Shown here in pieces: positions 13,250-26,039 of a stretch of 64,000 nucleotides of DNA. The notes under the pieces are model-generated. The model saw only the letters and a program-made list of their open reading frames with translations, was not told where the DNA came from and ran no database searches. The DNA is from Schmidtea polychroa (Eukaryota). A program made the translations under genes and the position numbers. The DNA is taken from NCBI GenBank assembly GCA_044892525.1, contig CM097885.1, forward strand, positions 237,276,001 to 237,340,000, written 5' to 3'. Each line of letters starts with the position of its first letter. Position 1 is the first letter of the stretch.

Positions 13250-14095
13250 ATGCGTTGGATTCCAATAGAAGCAAACCCTGATGTAAGTTAATAATTAAAG
13301 CATAGATTTTTTTTAGGTTTACCTATCAGATAATTAATCAATTTATGCAAAAAGTTGGCGTTAAAACACATTGGCAATGTGTAGACGTTTATGGAGTTGA
13401 TCCTGAGTTATTAGAGTTTGTGCCTAAGCCTGTTATTTCTTTGTTACTATTATATCCTCTCACTGAATCTGTTTTAAATAATCCTATTGGTGAAATCAGA
13501 CTGGAAAACGACCTTATATTTATCAAACAAACAATAGGCAATGCTTGTGGAACCATTGGACTTTTGCATTCCCTGTGTAACAATAAAGAAATTTTCGAAT
13601 TTCCAGAGGATTCATATATTAGTTCTTTTACTAATAGAATAAGTCAATTGACTCCTGATGAACGAGCAAAAGTTATTGAACAAGAAGAGGTTTGTAATTT
13701 AATAATGAAATTTAATTGGTAAATCGTATTAGTTTTTAAGTGCCATTCATGAAGAAGTAGCTCAAGATGGTCAATCTGCCGTAAATTAATTATGTTTTTA
13801 AATATAAATATATAATTTATATAATAAAAGGTACCTGAAGTTTCAGAACACACTGATTTACATTTTGTTTCATTTATTCATAAAAATGGAGATTTATATG
13901 AATTGGGTAGACTTTAAATAATTTGAAAGCTAATTTTATAAAATGACAGATGGAAGAGAAAATGGGCCTAAATATCATGGAGATTGCAATGAAAATAATT
14001 TTTTCTACAAGGCCATTGATGTTATAAAACAATTCATGAATAGAGATCCAAATGAACATAAGTTCAATGTAATTGCTATTGTTAAAAATGATTAA
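13250..14095 (+). CDS. UCHL3: Ubiquitin carboxyl-terminal hydrolase, peptidase C12 (UCH-L1/L3 type), 220 aa, 5 exons
   Basis: Exons 13250-13282, 13330-13689, 13733-13780, 13831-13906 and 13950-14095 are joined by GT-AG introns of 47, 43, 50 and 43 nt, giving an open 663-nt frame. Motifs MRWIPIEANPD, KQTIGNACGTIGLLH (catalytic Cys), LHFVSF (His) and LYELDGR (Asp). L1 versus L3 orthology is not resolved. Confidence 0.96.
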
Positions 14096-14639
14096 ATTTT
14101 GAAGTTAATATTTTATAATTTATTATGGATAAAAGTTGCTTTAATTAAATAATTTGTAATTCAATTTATGTTTCTATATGAATGACGAAATGAACTGTAT
14201 CGGGTTTGGTGGTGGAACCAAATGGAAGGAATGAAGCTGATATATAAACAATAGAGAGAATCTTGTTTCAATGATTCTTTTTTTGAACATTCAATGTATT
14301 GGTAATGTTCCCGACTGTTAATCATATTTAATTTAAATAAAAGCCAATTAATTTATGATGATTAGACATGTATTCAAAATTATATAAACCAATCTTTAAT
14401 TTCTGGCCTATGACTATCTGTGTAGAATGCTGATTTATATGCTTCTTAACTGAGTAACACTGACTCAGTCCTCAAAATGGTTCAAGTGAATTTTATATCA
14501 ATCTGAAACAGGTGGTAAAAAACAGAATATAAAATAAAGCGAATTTGGGTCACAATTTAATTAAATGTTTGTGTGAAACTGCGAGGGGCTTTTGAAAATT
14601 TTTATGGTGTTGGCGTTTGGTTAGAAGAATTTTCGATCA

Positions 14640-14750
14640 TGGTACCCATGACAACCGCCATGTTGGTACTGTACACTATCGTTGAAAAGCAGGGGACAGA
14701 TGAGCCTTACAACTACTCTTCCCTGCTGTTAGACGGTTTTACGTCCAGTT
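14640..14750 (-). mobile_element. Highly diverged fragment of the LTR U5-side conserved block
   Basis: gtacccatgacaaccgccatgttggtactgtacac matches gtacccatggcgacgaccatgttggtactgtacac at ~1310-1344. The element boundaries were not found. Confidence 0.6.
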
Positions 14751-15922
14751 GATCTTCTTTATCTCAATGGTAATAATATTCGCCATTCTAATCATAGGCC
14801 TATTAATTATCCCTGTCACTCAAGTTTTATTTAACTTCCTTTATTAAGATAAAATTAATAAGACAGAAAAATTATATTAATAAGATACGAGAGAATTGAT
14901 AATCACAAACACAAACGAAAGTAAAAAAGTTAACTCAGATAGTTCAGTAGGTTTGAGGGCGCTTCACCAGCCTTTCAATTCTATATCGGCCAGCAGAGCG
15001 TTCAATTCAAACTCGTTAACTTCCGCCGGCAGTAAATATTCCTCTTCCGTTAGCTCCAAGATAAGCTTCCGGGGTCTATAGTGGCACATAACTGGCTTAA
15101 TGCGTCCGCTTTTGGTGCCCACTTCGCGTTTCTTTCTGCTTCTGATTAAGTTATCGTGGTAGTGCTCCAGGTGATGGATCTTCTTATTACTTTCCGTCAT
15201 CTGGAGGAGAGTGAACCAGTTCCTCTCTAGGAGGGTTAATTTTAGCTTCTAGGAGTCGAATCTTTTCCTGCTGCGTGCAGATGGCCTCGTCTTTGTCACA
15301 ACACGAGAAGCACAACTTTAGGGAATGTGATTGACTGTTGTTTTCTACAAATAATACAAACACGAAACTGATTAGAGTAATTAAGTTCCACGAAAAGTAT
15401 CGATATTTATTGAGAAAACTGAATCTATAGGTAAACCTGGTTATGTCAAGATTATGGGTGAAATAACCTCCTTTAGTGATGATGACAGTGAAAGATCCGT
15501 ACCTGAAATGATCTCGCTAATTCCTTTCATGGTCACGACAGTAACGTCGTTGTTTAATCAATAAACTTCCCGTTTGGGCTGAAGGGGAGAGATTCTCACC
15601 CTTAATGTTCTAAAGTTCTGAATTTCTTCACGCTGAAAGATGAGCCATGGCTTAAACGTTAGTACGTTGGTCCATCTTCACAATTTCGAATCCACTAAAT
15701 AGTTGATGAACAAACATAGAGTAATCCATATCCATTGGGACTCATTGGGCTTTTAGTACTTTGGTTCGGTTTAAGGCTTTATGAGTTTGCTTTTCTGATA
15801 AGCTAGTTTGGTCGGATAAGTATTGACTGTTGAGTGGCTTTAGTTTTGTTCGTATATGGGTTTTTTCTAAAAGAGGAATAAGTCGTTGGAGTAGAAGACT
15901 CCTATTGTCATTTATATATGAC

Positions 15923-16163
<241 letters not shown>

Positions 16164-17201
16164 GTATATAGTAGTTATAGAAGGAGGTTTGAAGAAGTTG
16201 GCATATATTATAGAGATAAGAAGCCATAAAATATACACTCATCTTAGGGCGGAATTCCTACACGGCTTCCTACTTTTACCCAAAGAGAGTGAACAACATC
16301 ATAAAGTATATAGATAACATCAATCATAAATACATGATGAAGAAATGTTAATAATGTAAATAATAAGTTAAGGACACATATCTACATGTTATTAATAATG
16401 TTAATGTTATTAAGTTATTAATGTAATAATTTGATAATATTTTAATTAATATTGAAGATTTAATCGAATAACAGTGTTTAAGGTGTTATTAATAAAGTTA
16501 TATAATACAAGCAGGCCCGACAAGAGGGAGGGGGGTTGACGGGGAAAATACCCGGGGCCTCGGAGAAAAAATCTATCATGATTTAAATCACTTGATTTTT
16601 TTTACGAATAAATCATGATTTCAATTTGTAGGAACTATGTTCCCCCTTTTTGTAGTGCGTGTGTGTGGGGTAATTCTGGAGAGTGTCTGTTGCCAAGATT
16701 GCTTTCGGAACCCCCGTTGCGAAAAAGTCTACACGGCACAAACGCATCTTACAGTAATGGTAAGCACACGTGGCAATCTTTTGTTTGTCAAGAGTCAAGT
16801 TCTTGCTATCACTGGCCTGGCGCCTTAAGGCCCTTAAGGGATGCGTGTGGGCCGACTAGGGAACCGTGTGCGGGAGACGGTTATTTTCACGCGAGTTCAT
16901 CCTGTACCGCACACGATCAGTCGAGTCCAGTCGCAACCAAATATATACTAGTTTTTGACATTTTGAGCCTGTTTCATTATTTACAAACTCTATTATTATT
17001 TAACTAAAAGAAAAATTACAAACATTAATAGTGTAGTAAGTGTAGTTGTTTGATCAATGTGAAAATCTCCAGGAAGAAGCGGATAAAGTAGTCGTGTTTG
17101 TGAACTAAGCCGAAAGTGAATAAGAAATTAACCTAAGCGTTGGGTTACAAAGCATTTCTTTACCGGTGCTGGAGTGCTGGAGTCTAATTTTCGATTATTA
17201 G

Positions 17202-18842
17202 TGTTGGGCTGAAAACGAGAACTGAGAGTTTGTTTTAATCGATCGAAAATACCTAACACAAAAACCGCAAAGTTGAAAAAAATTTATGACCAAGGTTTAA
17301 TTTAAAATAAATAAAATAAACTACATCACACATTAAGAATCAATAAACCCCGTATAATAGAATAAAGAGATAAATAAATTTAACAGAAAATTCAACACTT
17401 AAAAATTTAAATAGAAAAATAATAAAATATAAAATGGAATTAGTTGAAAATTATTTAAACAATATAAAAATTAAATCGTCAAAAATAATAAAATTAATTA
17501 GCATTATGTAAATTGTAAAGTTTATAGAATTAAATGGTTATGTAACTTATTAAATTTAAAGAATAAAATTGTTTAAATTAATAAAAATTAATATAACTCA
17601 AATTAGTTAAATTATAAAATTTATAAAATTAAAATTAATAAAAATTAAATAAGAAATTAATTAAATTTATGAAATTAAAACAAATAAATAATTACACACA
17701 TTCGTGCATGTGTGCAAAATCAATTCAATAATTCTCGCACTCTGATTGGATAGAGTACGCATTCAAAATCAGTATAAATACTGATCACAAATTCATTTCA
17801 AAAACTCACTCTTTTTCCAACATAGCCACTTAATTTGCAGAACTCTCAGTTTCGGTTTTATGCCAACGTGGATGTGGTAAATTATTTGTTATTGTTTTTG
17901 TAATTCTTATGAAGTATTTTAATTAATAAATTTTATATGTCTCAGTTAAATTTCCTTTAGTAAATTTTTTTTTGGTTTAAATCCATTTATTCTATATCAT
18001 AGTTTTCATTGAATTCAATTATATTATTTGTTGATTGTGTCGATGGTCTGGGCTGGGGAAAAGTTTGTGGACGGGCGGCACTACGTGCTGTTGTTCGGCA
18101 GATATTTCGCCGGTTGAGTCCATCGAGTTAGAGGACAGTGATAGTGATAGGAATGATCAGGGAGTGTAATGTCATTTTAGGTCGTTTAGGATTTTATTTA
18201 GATTTAGATAATGTAGGTGGCTTAGTCACCTTTATGTTTTATAGACATAAGCGAGTTAGGAGTAAAGATGGAATAGTTGAGACCAGTTGAAGATGGATAA
18301 AGTTAGATTTATGTAATTTTTCCGACAGCTCAGGATTAGAAACACAGGCAGATCCCTGCTCAAAATCTTTGAAGAACAATTTAAATATTATGGCAAGTGT
18401 GGATTAACTTGAAAATAAGGGCCAACCCCTGCGCAAATTTTTCAAAGGATAATTTAAATATTGTAGGAAGTGTAGAACAATAATTACTAGCTGGGAAATA
18501 AGGACGGATCCATGCTCAAAATTTTATAAGAGAACAATTAGAAATACCCGTAATTGAGGACCAACAACGCTCCAAAAATAGCATACATAGTGAATAATGA
18601 CGTAAGACCTTCTATCGGCAGTCTAGAACCCGAAAAGAAAATCCAATGGGGAGTAGTTTTAGTAATAGAGCTCACCTGCTCATTGTTTTTTCACCTTTGT
18701 GTACAGAACCAACATGGTCGTCGCCATGGGTACACAAATGGTTTAAATTGCAATAGTCATGGAGGTGCTTAGGAAAGAGTCGAACGATTATGATTACCCC
18801 TAACGTATTTTAAAATGGAAACCCACCCCTAAGTAACCAACA
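17202..18842 (+). repeat. 5' LTR of copy 1 (1641 bp)
   Basis: tgttgggctg...gtaaccaaca, repeated at 31517-33157. Confidence 0.96.
17742..17785 (+). promoter_or_regulatory. Putative LTR Pol II promoter: inverted CCAAT (ATTGG) plus TATA box
   Basis: ctgattgg...cagtataaatactg follows the AT-rich U3. The same arrangement is present in the other LTR copies that retain this region and in related families (~200-235, ~1112-1136, ~47650-47705). Confidence 0.65.
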
Positions 18843-18849
18843 TGATTTT

Positions 18850-18867
18850 TGGGGGCTCAGCCGGGAT
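18850..18867 (+). promoter_or_regulatory. Primer-binding site complementary to the tRNA-Pro 3' end
   Basis: TGGGGGCTCAGCCGGGAT, 7 nt after the 5' LTR. It matches the classic tRNA-Pro PBS TGGGGGCTCGTCCGGGAT at 16/18 and is identical in copy 2 (62665-62682, minus). Confidence 0.9.
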
Positions 18868-21800
18868 TTACCGATTGTCAATAAACTGCTTTTGGCCGGA
18901 AACCATTGCGAAACGATAAATTTTCTAGTTTAAAAAATGGCAATTATTCGGAAAATTTGATTTTAACAATAAGAACGGAAAATAGTGTAAAAGTAAAATA
19001 CTAAATGCCGAAAATTAGCAATTTAAATTACTTAAAAATTAAAATTAATTGAAGTAAAAATTATTTTAGAAATAAAAATTAAGTATGGTTAAAAGAAAAT
19101 TAAGTGGAACAAAACTGGAAACGTAAAACATATTAATTATACTAGAAATGAAATTAAATTCGATCAAAGGAAAACCTGAATAAAACCATAAAAGTGGAAA
19201 ATTTTAAATAAAAATCAATTTTTGAACTGGAACTAATTATATTAAAAATAAAATCTGACCAAAAACTATAAAAATCGGAAATTTAAAAATAAAAACCCCT
19301 TTAGAAATACATGTAATTATATGTGATTAAAATAAAAATTAAGTTGGATAACAAAGAATCAATAATTATATAAAAATCAAAAAACCGAAATAAAAGAAAA
19401 CAACTTCTCGAATATTTATTTCTCAACAGATGGAACAACAACAAACACTGTGGAGACCATAGAATGGATAGGAAAACTTTTCAACTCCGGTTTCTCGAAT
19501 CGTTAAATTGATAAAGGTTGAGAACACGAAGAATTTGAAGTATTGAATAATTGAAGTATTGTCGACATCATAACTCGTAATTAGCAATATATGCATATAC
19601 AAAACAATCTGAAAAACTAATTCTGAATAAATCTGAAAATATATTATGTTATGTAGTTTTTCATTATTTTAACTTTAAATATAAATTGTTTTGCAATTAT
19701 TTTTATCCTTGTTAATTTAGTATTACTAATTTAATTCATAGATACAAGATTAGTATTTTATAATAGAGAACAGAATTATCCAAAACTATTTCATTGAGTG
19801 ACCTTCTCTTAAAAATAATGTTTAGTGAACCGTTTTAAATAAAATTTTTGTTTGCATTTTTGTAGAAGGTTTTCTTTTTGGTTGTCTAATGAGCATATGA
19901 AAATTGTCCTTGTGGTATTTGAAGCATTAATGACGGAAATCTATTAGTTTTCAATTCAAAATTTGTGCAAATTTTATCGATTAAGTGTGAATAAACCAAG
20001 AAATTCATAATTTAACTTTATTAAATTTATTTCATGTTCACTCGCATTTTAAATTATCCAGATACAGATGTTGATTTTGTATCATTATCATTTTCTGTGA
20101 CATTATTCAACTCACTTGATGAAAATGCGTTCGGCTGTTGCTGCGTGGCTGGTGGCGTTGTCAGATGTTTCTAAAAATTAAACAATGTCATATATTAAAA
20201 ATTCAATCAAATAAATTGTTGAGCAACACGTGTTTCGCATCAGCGGTGACATAATGTGTGTAAGTATGCGAATTTGTGTGACATGACCTGTCACAATTTG
20301 TCACAACCAGTCCAATTTGTAAATTTTCTCATAGAGTCAATGAGCGGATTTTCGGTTTGATTGAGAGACCACTCAAGAGCGGCGCTGGTGGCATTAGGCC
20401 GCAATTCATCTGCCAATCAAGTAGGCGGTCCGTTTGATGTGTCGATTATAATCAGCAACAAATAAAAACAGATCTGACAATCGTAGTTGGATATTTCTAC
20501 ACACACACGTGTACACATACACACTAGAAGATATTCAGAGATCTCTCACATTCACTGAACGACATATTGAAATGTCTGTCAAGTGCAGGCAGGATGATTG
20601 GCATAGTTGAGACAATTATATCAAAGAACTATTGGCTAGTGTTATTTGAACAGCAACACAACCGGAACAGGCTTGCTACTTCAGGTTGCGTTAATAGTAG
20701 CGTCTTTCTCAACAAATTTCATTGATTGATTATTTATGAATCGCAGAGCGGTTGTCGTATTATGCATGCTGGTATGAACGAGATTTGGATTTTTGCTGTA
20801 GTGTTCAGATGAAATTGAAATTTTATGAGATTTACAAAACGAAAATGGAATTTGTTTTTATTGATGTTAACATGTCTATCAATTGGAATAATGATTCGAA
20901 TATTTACTTTTGAAAATGATGCTGGAAATTTGATTAGTTCTTCGATTCATTGTAATTCCTCTCGGTTCGTTTCGTTGTTTTTTTGTCGATGTTGAATAAA
21001 ACTTTGAGCGACTATCAAATCTTACATGAAAAGCTATCAATGAATATCCATTTGAATTTTTCCCTAATCAAATCCATCAATGCGTTGATAGTCAGTATGT
21101 TTTTCTGATATTCTGGATTTAGGGGTAGATGAGAAGGTTCTTGGCTAAAATATTCAAAAATGTGCGTATCAAAAGGATAATGTATGCGTGTATCACTGAC
21201 TATAGGATCAAAAGAATGGAATAAAAATGAATTTCGGTTCGGTTGGATTTTTATCAATTCAAAAATTGGAATTTTTGTTATGATGGAATAAGTAAGTTAG
21301 GTTAATGTTGATAAAAGGAAATATAAAATTCTTTTCTGCTGAATTTGTTATGAATGATCGCATGATTGAATGACGGTTTGGTTCGGGTGTAACTGAGGAT
21401 TGGTTGTTTGTGTGCTTAGTAATATTTGTGTCAATAATTTGTCGAATGTTAATGGTGAATAGTGCCAACACAGGGAGTTATCAGGTTGCTTCCTAAGGAA
21501 CTTTTATGGTGTTGTGTTAGGTTATGTCATCGAGTTTCAGAGTTGGCGGATCCCAATCGTTGGTTTTGACCTTGCACAGGATAACTAAATTCGTCTGATT
21601 AATATATCTTAGTATATGCATTTTGGATTGAAATTGAATGCGTTTGTTTTGAGTAAGTATTTAACAAACTGATAATTAATAACTAGGAAGACTAATTAGA
21701 ATTAATGGTTAATAAAATAAATTAAAATTTGTATTCGAAAATTGTGCTAATAGTTTGGTAATAAATATTTCTGAATTAGTGATAATTAATTTTCAAAAGA

Positions 21801-23139
21801 TTTTTCTGAAGTAGTAAATTGGTAGATGGATAGAGTGACTTTTTTTTTTTAATTACATGTATGTGTCGGCCAGATGATGTATAAGAAAATGAAGATGGGA
21901 TGATTGTCTATTGTAACTCGGTGTAAGTATTGAATGCGTCTGGAAAGGCAGGTATGGGGTTGTTTGAGTGAAATGAATATAGCGTTAGAGTTTGAAAGCG
22001 AATGATTTTGGTGCTGACCACATCACATTACCTTCTTTATCCATCGGTAAATCGGGAATAGTATCCAAAGATGTCAAAATACATTGTGGTAAAATGGGAA
22101 ATAAGAACAGCAAAAGATAATTAAACGAACATTCAAATATAGCAAAGTACAACAAATAATAAAACACCGAATATCAAACAAAACGAAGGGTAATCAAGTT
22201 CTTAACATAGAAATAATTGAATCACCCATTAAGATATAGCTTCTACAAAGGTTAATTCAGAATGAGTAATATTGTGAAAAGGATAGTGCCCGCCCATTCT
22301 TCCGAGTGAACACAGTACTGGAGAAAGAAACATACCAAGAGCTTTGTAGATCGAGCGAAACAGAGCGGGGCAACAAAATCTATGAAGAGACTAGGAAGTA
22401 AATACAATGAAAGGCATCGTAACATCATTGGTATACTGATAGCTACTTGTCATCAACATAGAATACATAAAAGCGTTAAGTAAATGAATAAAAGTAAGAA
22501 CTGAACGTGGCTGCAAGACAAATGAAAAGAAAAACTGTTTGAGAACTGAACTAATGACAATCGCGAATACTCCATCAATAACAATCACAGTATAAAAGTG
22601 AGCAGAAGTAAATCGAAAATCCCCGTGTCAAAGGCACAAGAACTAAATTAAAAGTGACCGGACAACGTTGCAAAATAGGCGAACATCACATACATCAATG
22701 GATATGTAGAAAATGAATTTTAAAATTTATGTAGAACGGTTCAGGAAGTTAACAAATAAAATACAGAAATTAATGAAAATAAATACACAAGACACCGGAA
22801 TAACGTGGTGGATATCGACAAATGATCCAGCGAAAGAAACCAGGAAGCCTAAGGTTAGCCAAAGTAATATGAATATACAAGACAGTTATACGTACGATGC
22901 TCATATTAATAACCGGAAAGAAGTATGAAAAATTATCCAACGTCAACGATAGAGCATTGGAAACAATTAGAACCAGACGGGTGAAATATACAGTAAATGA
23001 AAGAGTACAGAACACTAAACTAAGAACAGTGGGGAGAGATCTAGAAAGTATCACGAATTACGAACCCACATACATAGAAAGGGTGATGACTATATATAGT
23101 GTGAACAATGAATATATAAAGGTATATGATTATATAAAA

Positions 23140-23214
23140 ATATATATATATATGTATATATATGTGTATGTGTATATATGTATATATGTATATATGTATA
23201 TATATGTGTGTGTG

Positions 23215-23247
<33 letters not shown>

Positions 23248-23251
23248 ATAT
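23140..23251. repeat. (TA/TG)n compound microsatellite within LTR element copy 1
   Basis: Mixed TA/TG run; only a very short version exists at the equivalent site of copy 2 (~58564-58580). Confidence 0.9.
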
Positions 23252-25830
23252 CAGCGCGGTATAATTAGTATATAACTTTGGGAAATAAAATGTAATAAAA
23301 TTCAGATAAAAGATTAGGAATCAATGTAGGTGAATTAATAGAATGAAACGGATCACAATGGAAATCAATCCCAATACCGCCACAGGAGAAATATGGAAGC
23401 AAAAAGGCGTCATATTATCGTAAATAACATTAGCTATACAGAAGCAAGGAATCTCATGGAGGAACAATCTAATCGAAAATTTGAACAACGAATTTGGTCG
23501 TGAGAGAATAATCAAGGACCAGAGAGGAAAAATTGAACTAAAGTAAAGAGAAATAGAACAACTCTAATGATAAAGCCAAATGCAAGAAATGAACTACTAA
23601 GAAAGCTGAGGAAAACAAAGAGAGAAAGATATGGTCAGAATGTAACGGAGAATATCAGACGGGAAAAGGAAACGGGAAAAGGAAAATGCAGGGAGCTGAA
23701 GATGAAGTACAAATAGTTCAATAAATCCAGCATAGTATTCATTGAAAATTGTTATAAGATGATGAGTAAACTATTCCGAGAGAGAGGGGGAATGAGCAGA
23801 AGAAGTATCTGTATTTTGCGTAAAGGAGAAAAACACAACGAACTATTAGCATGGTCATAACATCGAAAAGAGATGGTAATGGCAGAACTGAGTGCCAAAA
23901 AGAGGACTAATCGTATATAAATAATTGCATATATCGGTATATACACCCCAACCAAAATGATATATAATAAAAGTAGAGGACCGATCACCATAAACAAAGA
24001 TAAAATAATGCGAAAAATCAAAACATCAAAATCTACGCTTATTTAAGAGTAAGGAAAATCAATCAGAGAAATGGACGTTTGGCAAATATTGTAGAGAGGA
24101 CACGAGAACAAAATAGTGAGAACCGAGAGAACACAAGATAATAAATAAATCAAATAATGAATGTCGGGGACGACATTTGGCGAAGACGCGGAGGAAAATG
24201 AGAACAAACTACAAACTAAGATAACAACAAACGGGAGACCAATATGAAAGTCAAAATGGACATGAGCAATAATAGGAACAATCGGGAAAAATTATACAAA
24301 AACATGATTGACAGAAAATGAAGAGCGCACATATATCAAAATAGAATGTGAATAAATAAACACGATAAAAATGACAAGGAAAACACAAAACGAAATGAAC
24401 AAACAGGAAACAATAAGTAACAAATTCACAGAAAGAAAGCAAGGTCAAAGACATTTGAATGAAAAATCAAAATTACGAGAAACAACAAATATAAAATGAA
24501 ACGCGATACAATATAATAGAACAAAAGTGAAAGCTTAACATCATGACACGGAAAATTAGAATAACAAGAGACACTCACAAAAATGAGACCAATTAGAAAC
24601 ATTGAACAAAAGTTTTAGTTATGGAAAACGAACATACTGCCTACTTTTACTATGGAACAAAAAGTTACAATAATGAAAAACGAACGGACTGTCTACTTTT
24701 ATTACGAAACAAAAAGTTACAATCGTGGGAATTTCAATGATAAATTTGAATAAATTCAGAAATGATAGAAACAATAATATCAACCACTCCAGGAACAGCT
24801 AGGGAGAAATGCGTACAGATGTAGATATCCAGATATAGGTGGATATATGTATATGAATATATGTTTATGGATAAGGGTATATGTATAAGTATATGCGTGT
24901 ATATGTAGACATAGATAAACAATTAAATGAGATAATGAAAATAAATGACCAATCAAAGTTACGCGCCAAAAGTAAAATAGCAAATAGATGCGGAAATAAG
25001 TAAAAATATAAAATACAGGGAGTGGAACAACGAGGCCCATAACCAGAAAAACAACAAACAAATTTTGAAAACGTAAAATATACGAAATGAGAAACATTAT
25101 GACCGGGAAATCAGTGAGAGGTAACATAAAAAAATCAAAGCTGAGGAAAATATACAAATACGGAAGCGTGATAAATTACAAAATTGAGCAGGGATGTTTA
25201 ATAAATAAACCATTGACGAATAGAAGGGTAACGAATAAAATGGATAAACAAATATTAACGAGTGATGCGAGAGGGATCTGCCTGAGGAAATAGTGAGCAT
25301 ATTAACGAGAAACAAGTCAACCAAAGCGGTAAGAGTAAAAGCGATAGCAATAAGACGTTAACTAGACAAGAGACGTGGATATATTTAGAATAATGAAGAA
25401 GGACCAAGAGTAATCGAGATAAGTAGATTAAGAGCACGACGTAAAAATGAGAATAAAGTATTACGAAAATTGAGAGCAAATGAATAAGGAAATTTTTCTG
25501 TTAGGATTTAGGACATCCACAACCTATGAGCTACGCTCAGCGTAGTACGGATAAGACCAGGAAAGTACCAACTGTCCTGACGAAAGATGTGGAACAGGGC
25601 CCATCGCATATACTGGAACATCTCTGCGTGTGACTGATCACCACACGATCGGAGATCGACCAGTGCGAATGTTTCGCATCCAGAGTCAGGAGATTGGGAA
25701 AACCTGGAAGAGTAGTAAAAAGAAGCATGCAGGAGAAATAAAAAAGAGACCAAGTAAATGGGAAAAGACAGAGCGGAGTAAAGGGAAACAATTAGAGCTT
25801 AAAGACTCAATTCATAAGATAACCGGTAGA

Positions 25831-26039
25831 CGAATAATAGATGCGAATAATAGATGCGAATAATAGATGCGAATAATAGATGCGAATAATAGATGCGAAT
25901 AATAGATGCGAATAATAGATGCGAATAATAGATGCGAATAATAGATGCGAATAATAGATGCGAATAATAGATGCGAATAATAGATGCGAATAATAGATGC
26001 GAATAATAGATGCGAATAATAGATGCGAATAATAGATGC
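25831..26039 (+). repeat. 13-bp minisatellite (cgaataatagatg), ~16 copies
   Basis: Perfect tandem units; the homologous, more degenerate array is at 55876-56043. Confidence 0.97.

Noticed and set aside
13345..13722. 125-aa ORF as the whole gene
   Set aside because: It is exon 2 of the spliced UCH gene read into intron 2.
16613..17007. Cys-rich ORFs duplicated at 30928-31322
   Set aside because: Overlapping short frames in the hAT subterminal region; their identity reflects the local duplication, not conservation.
18850..18867. tRNA-Pro gene
   Set aside because: Only 18 nt complementary to the 3' end, CCA included; this is a PBS, not a gene.
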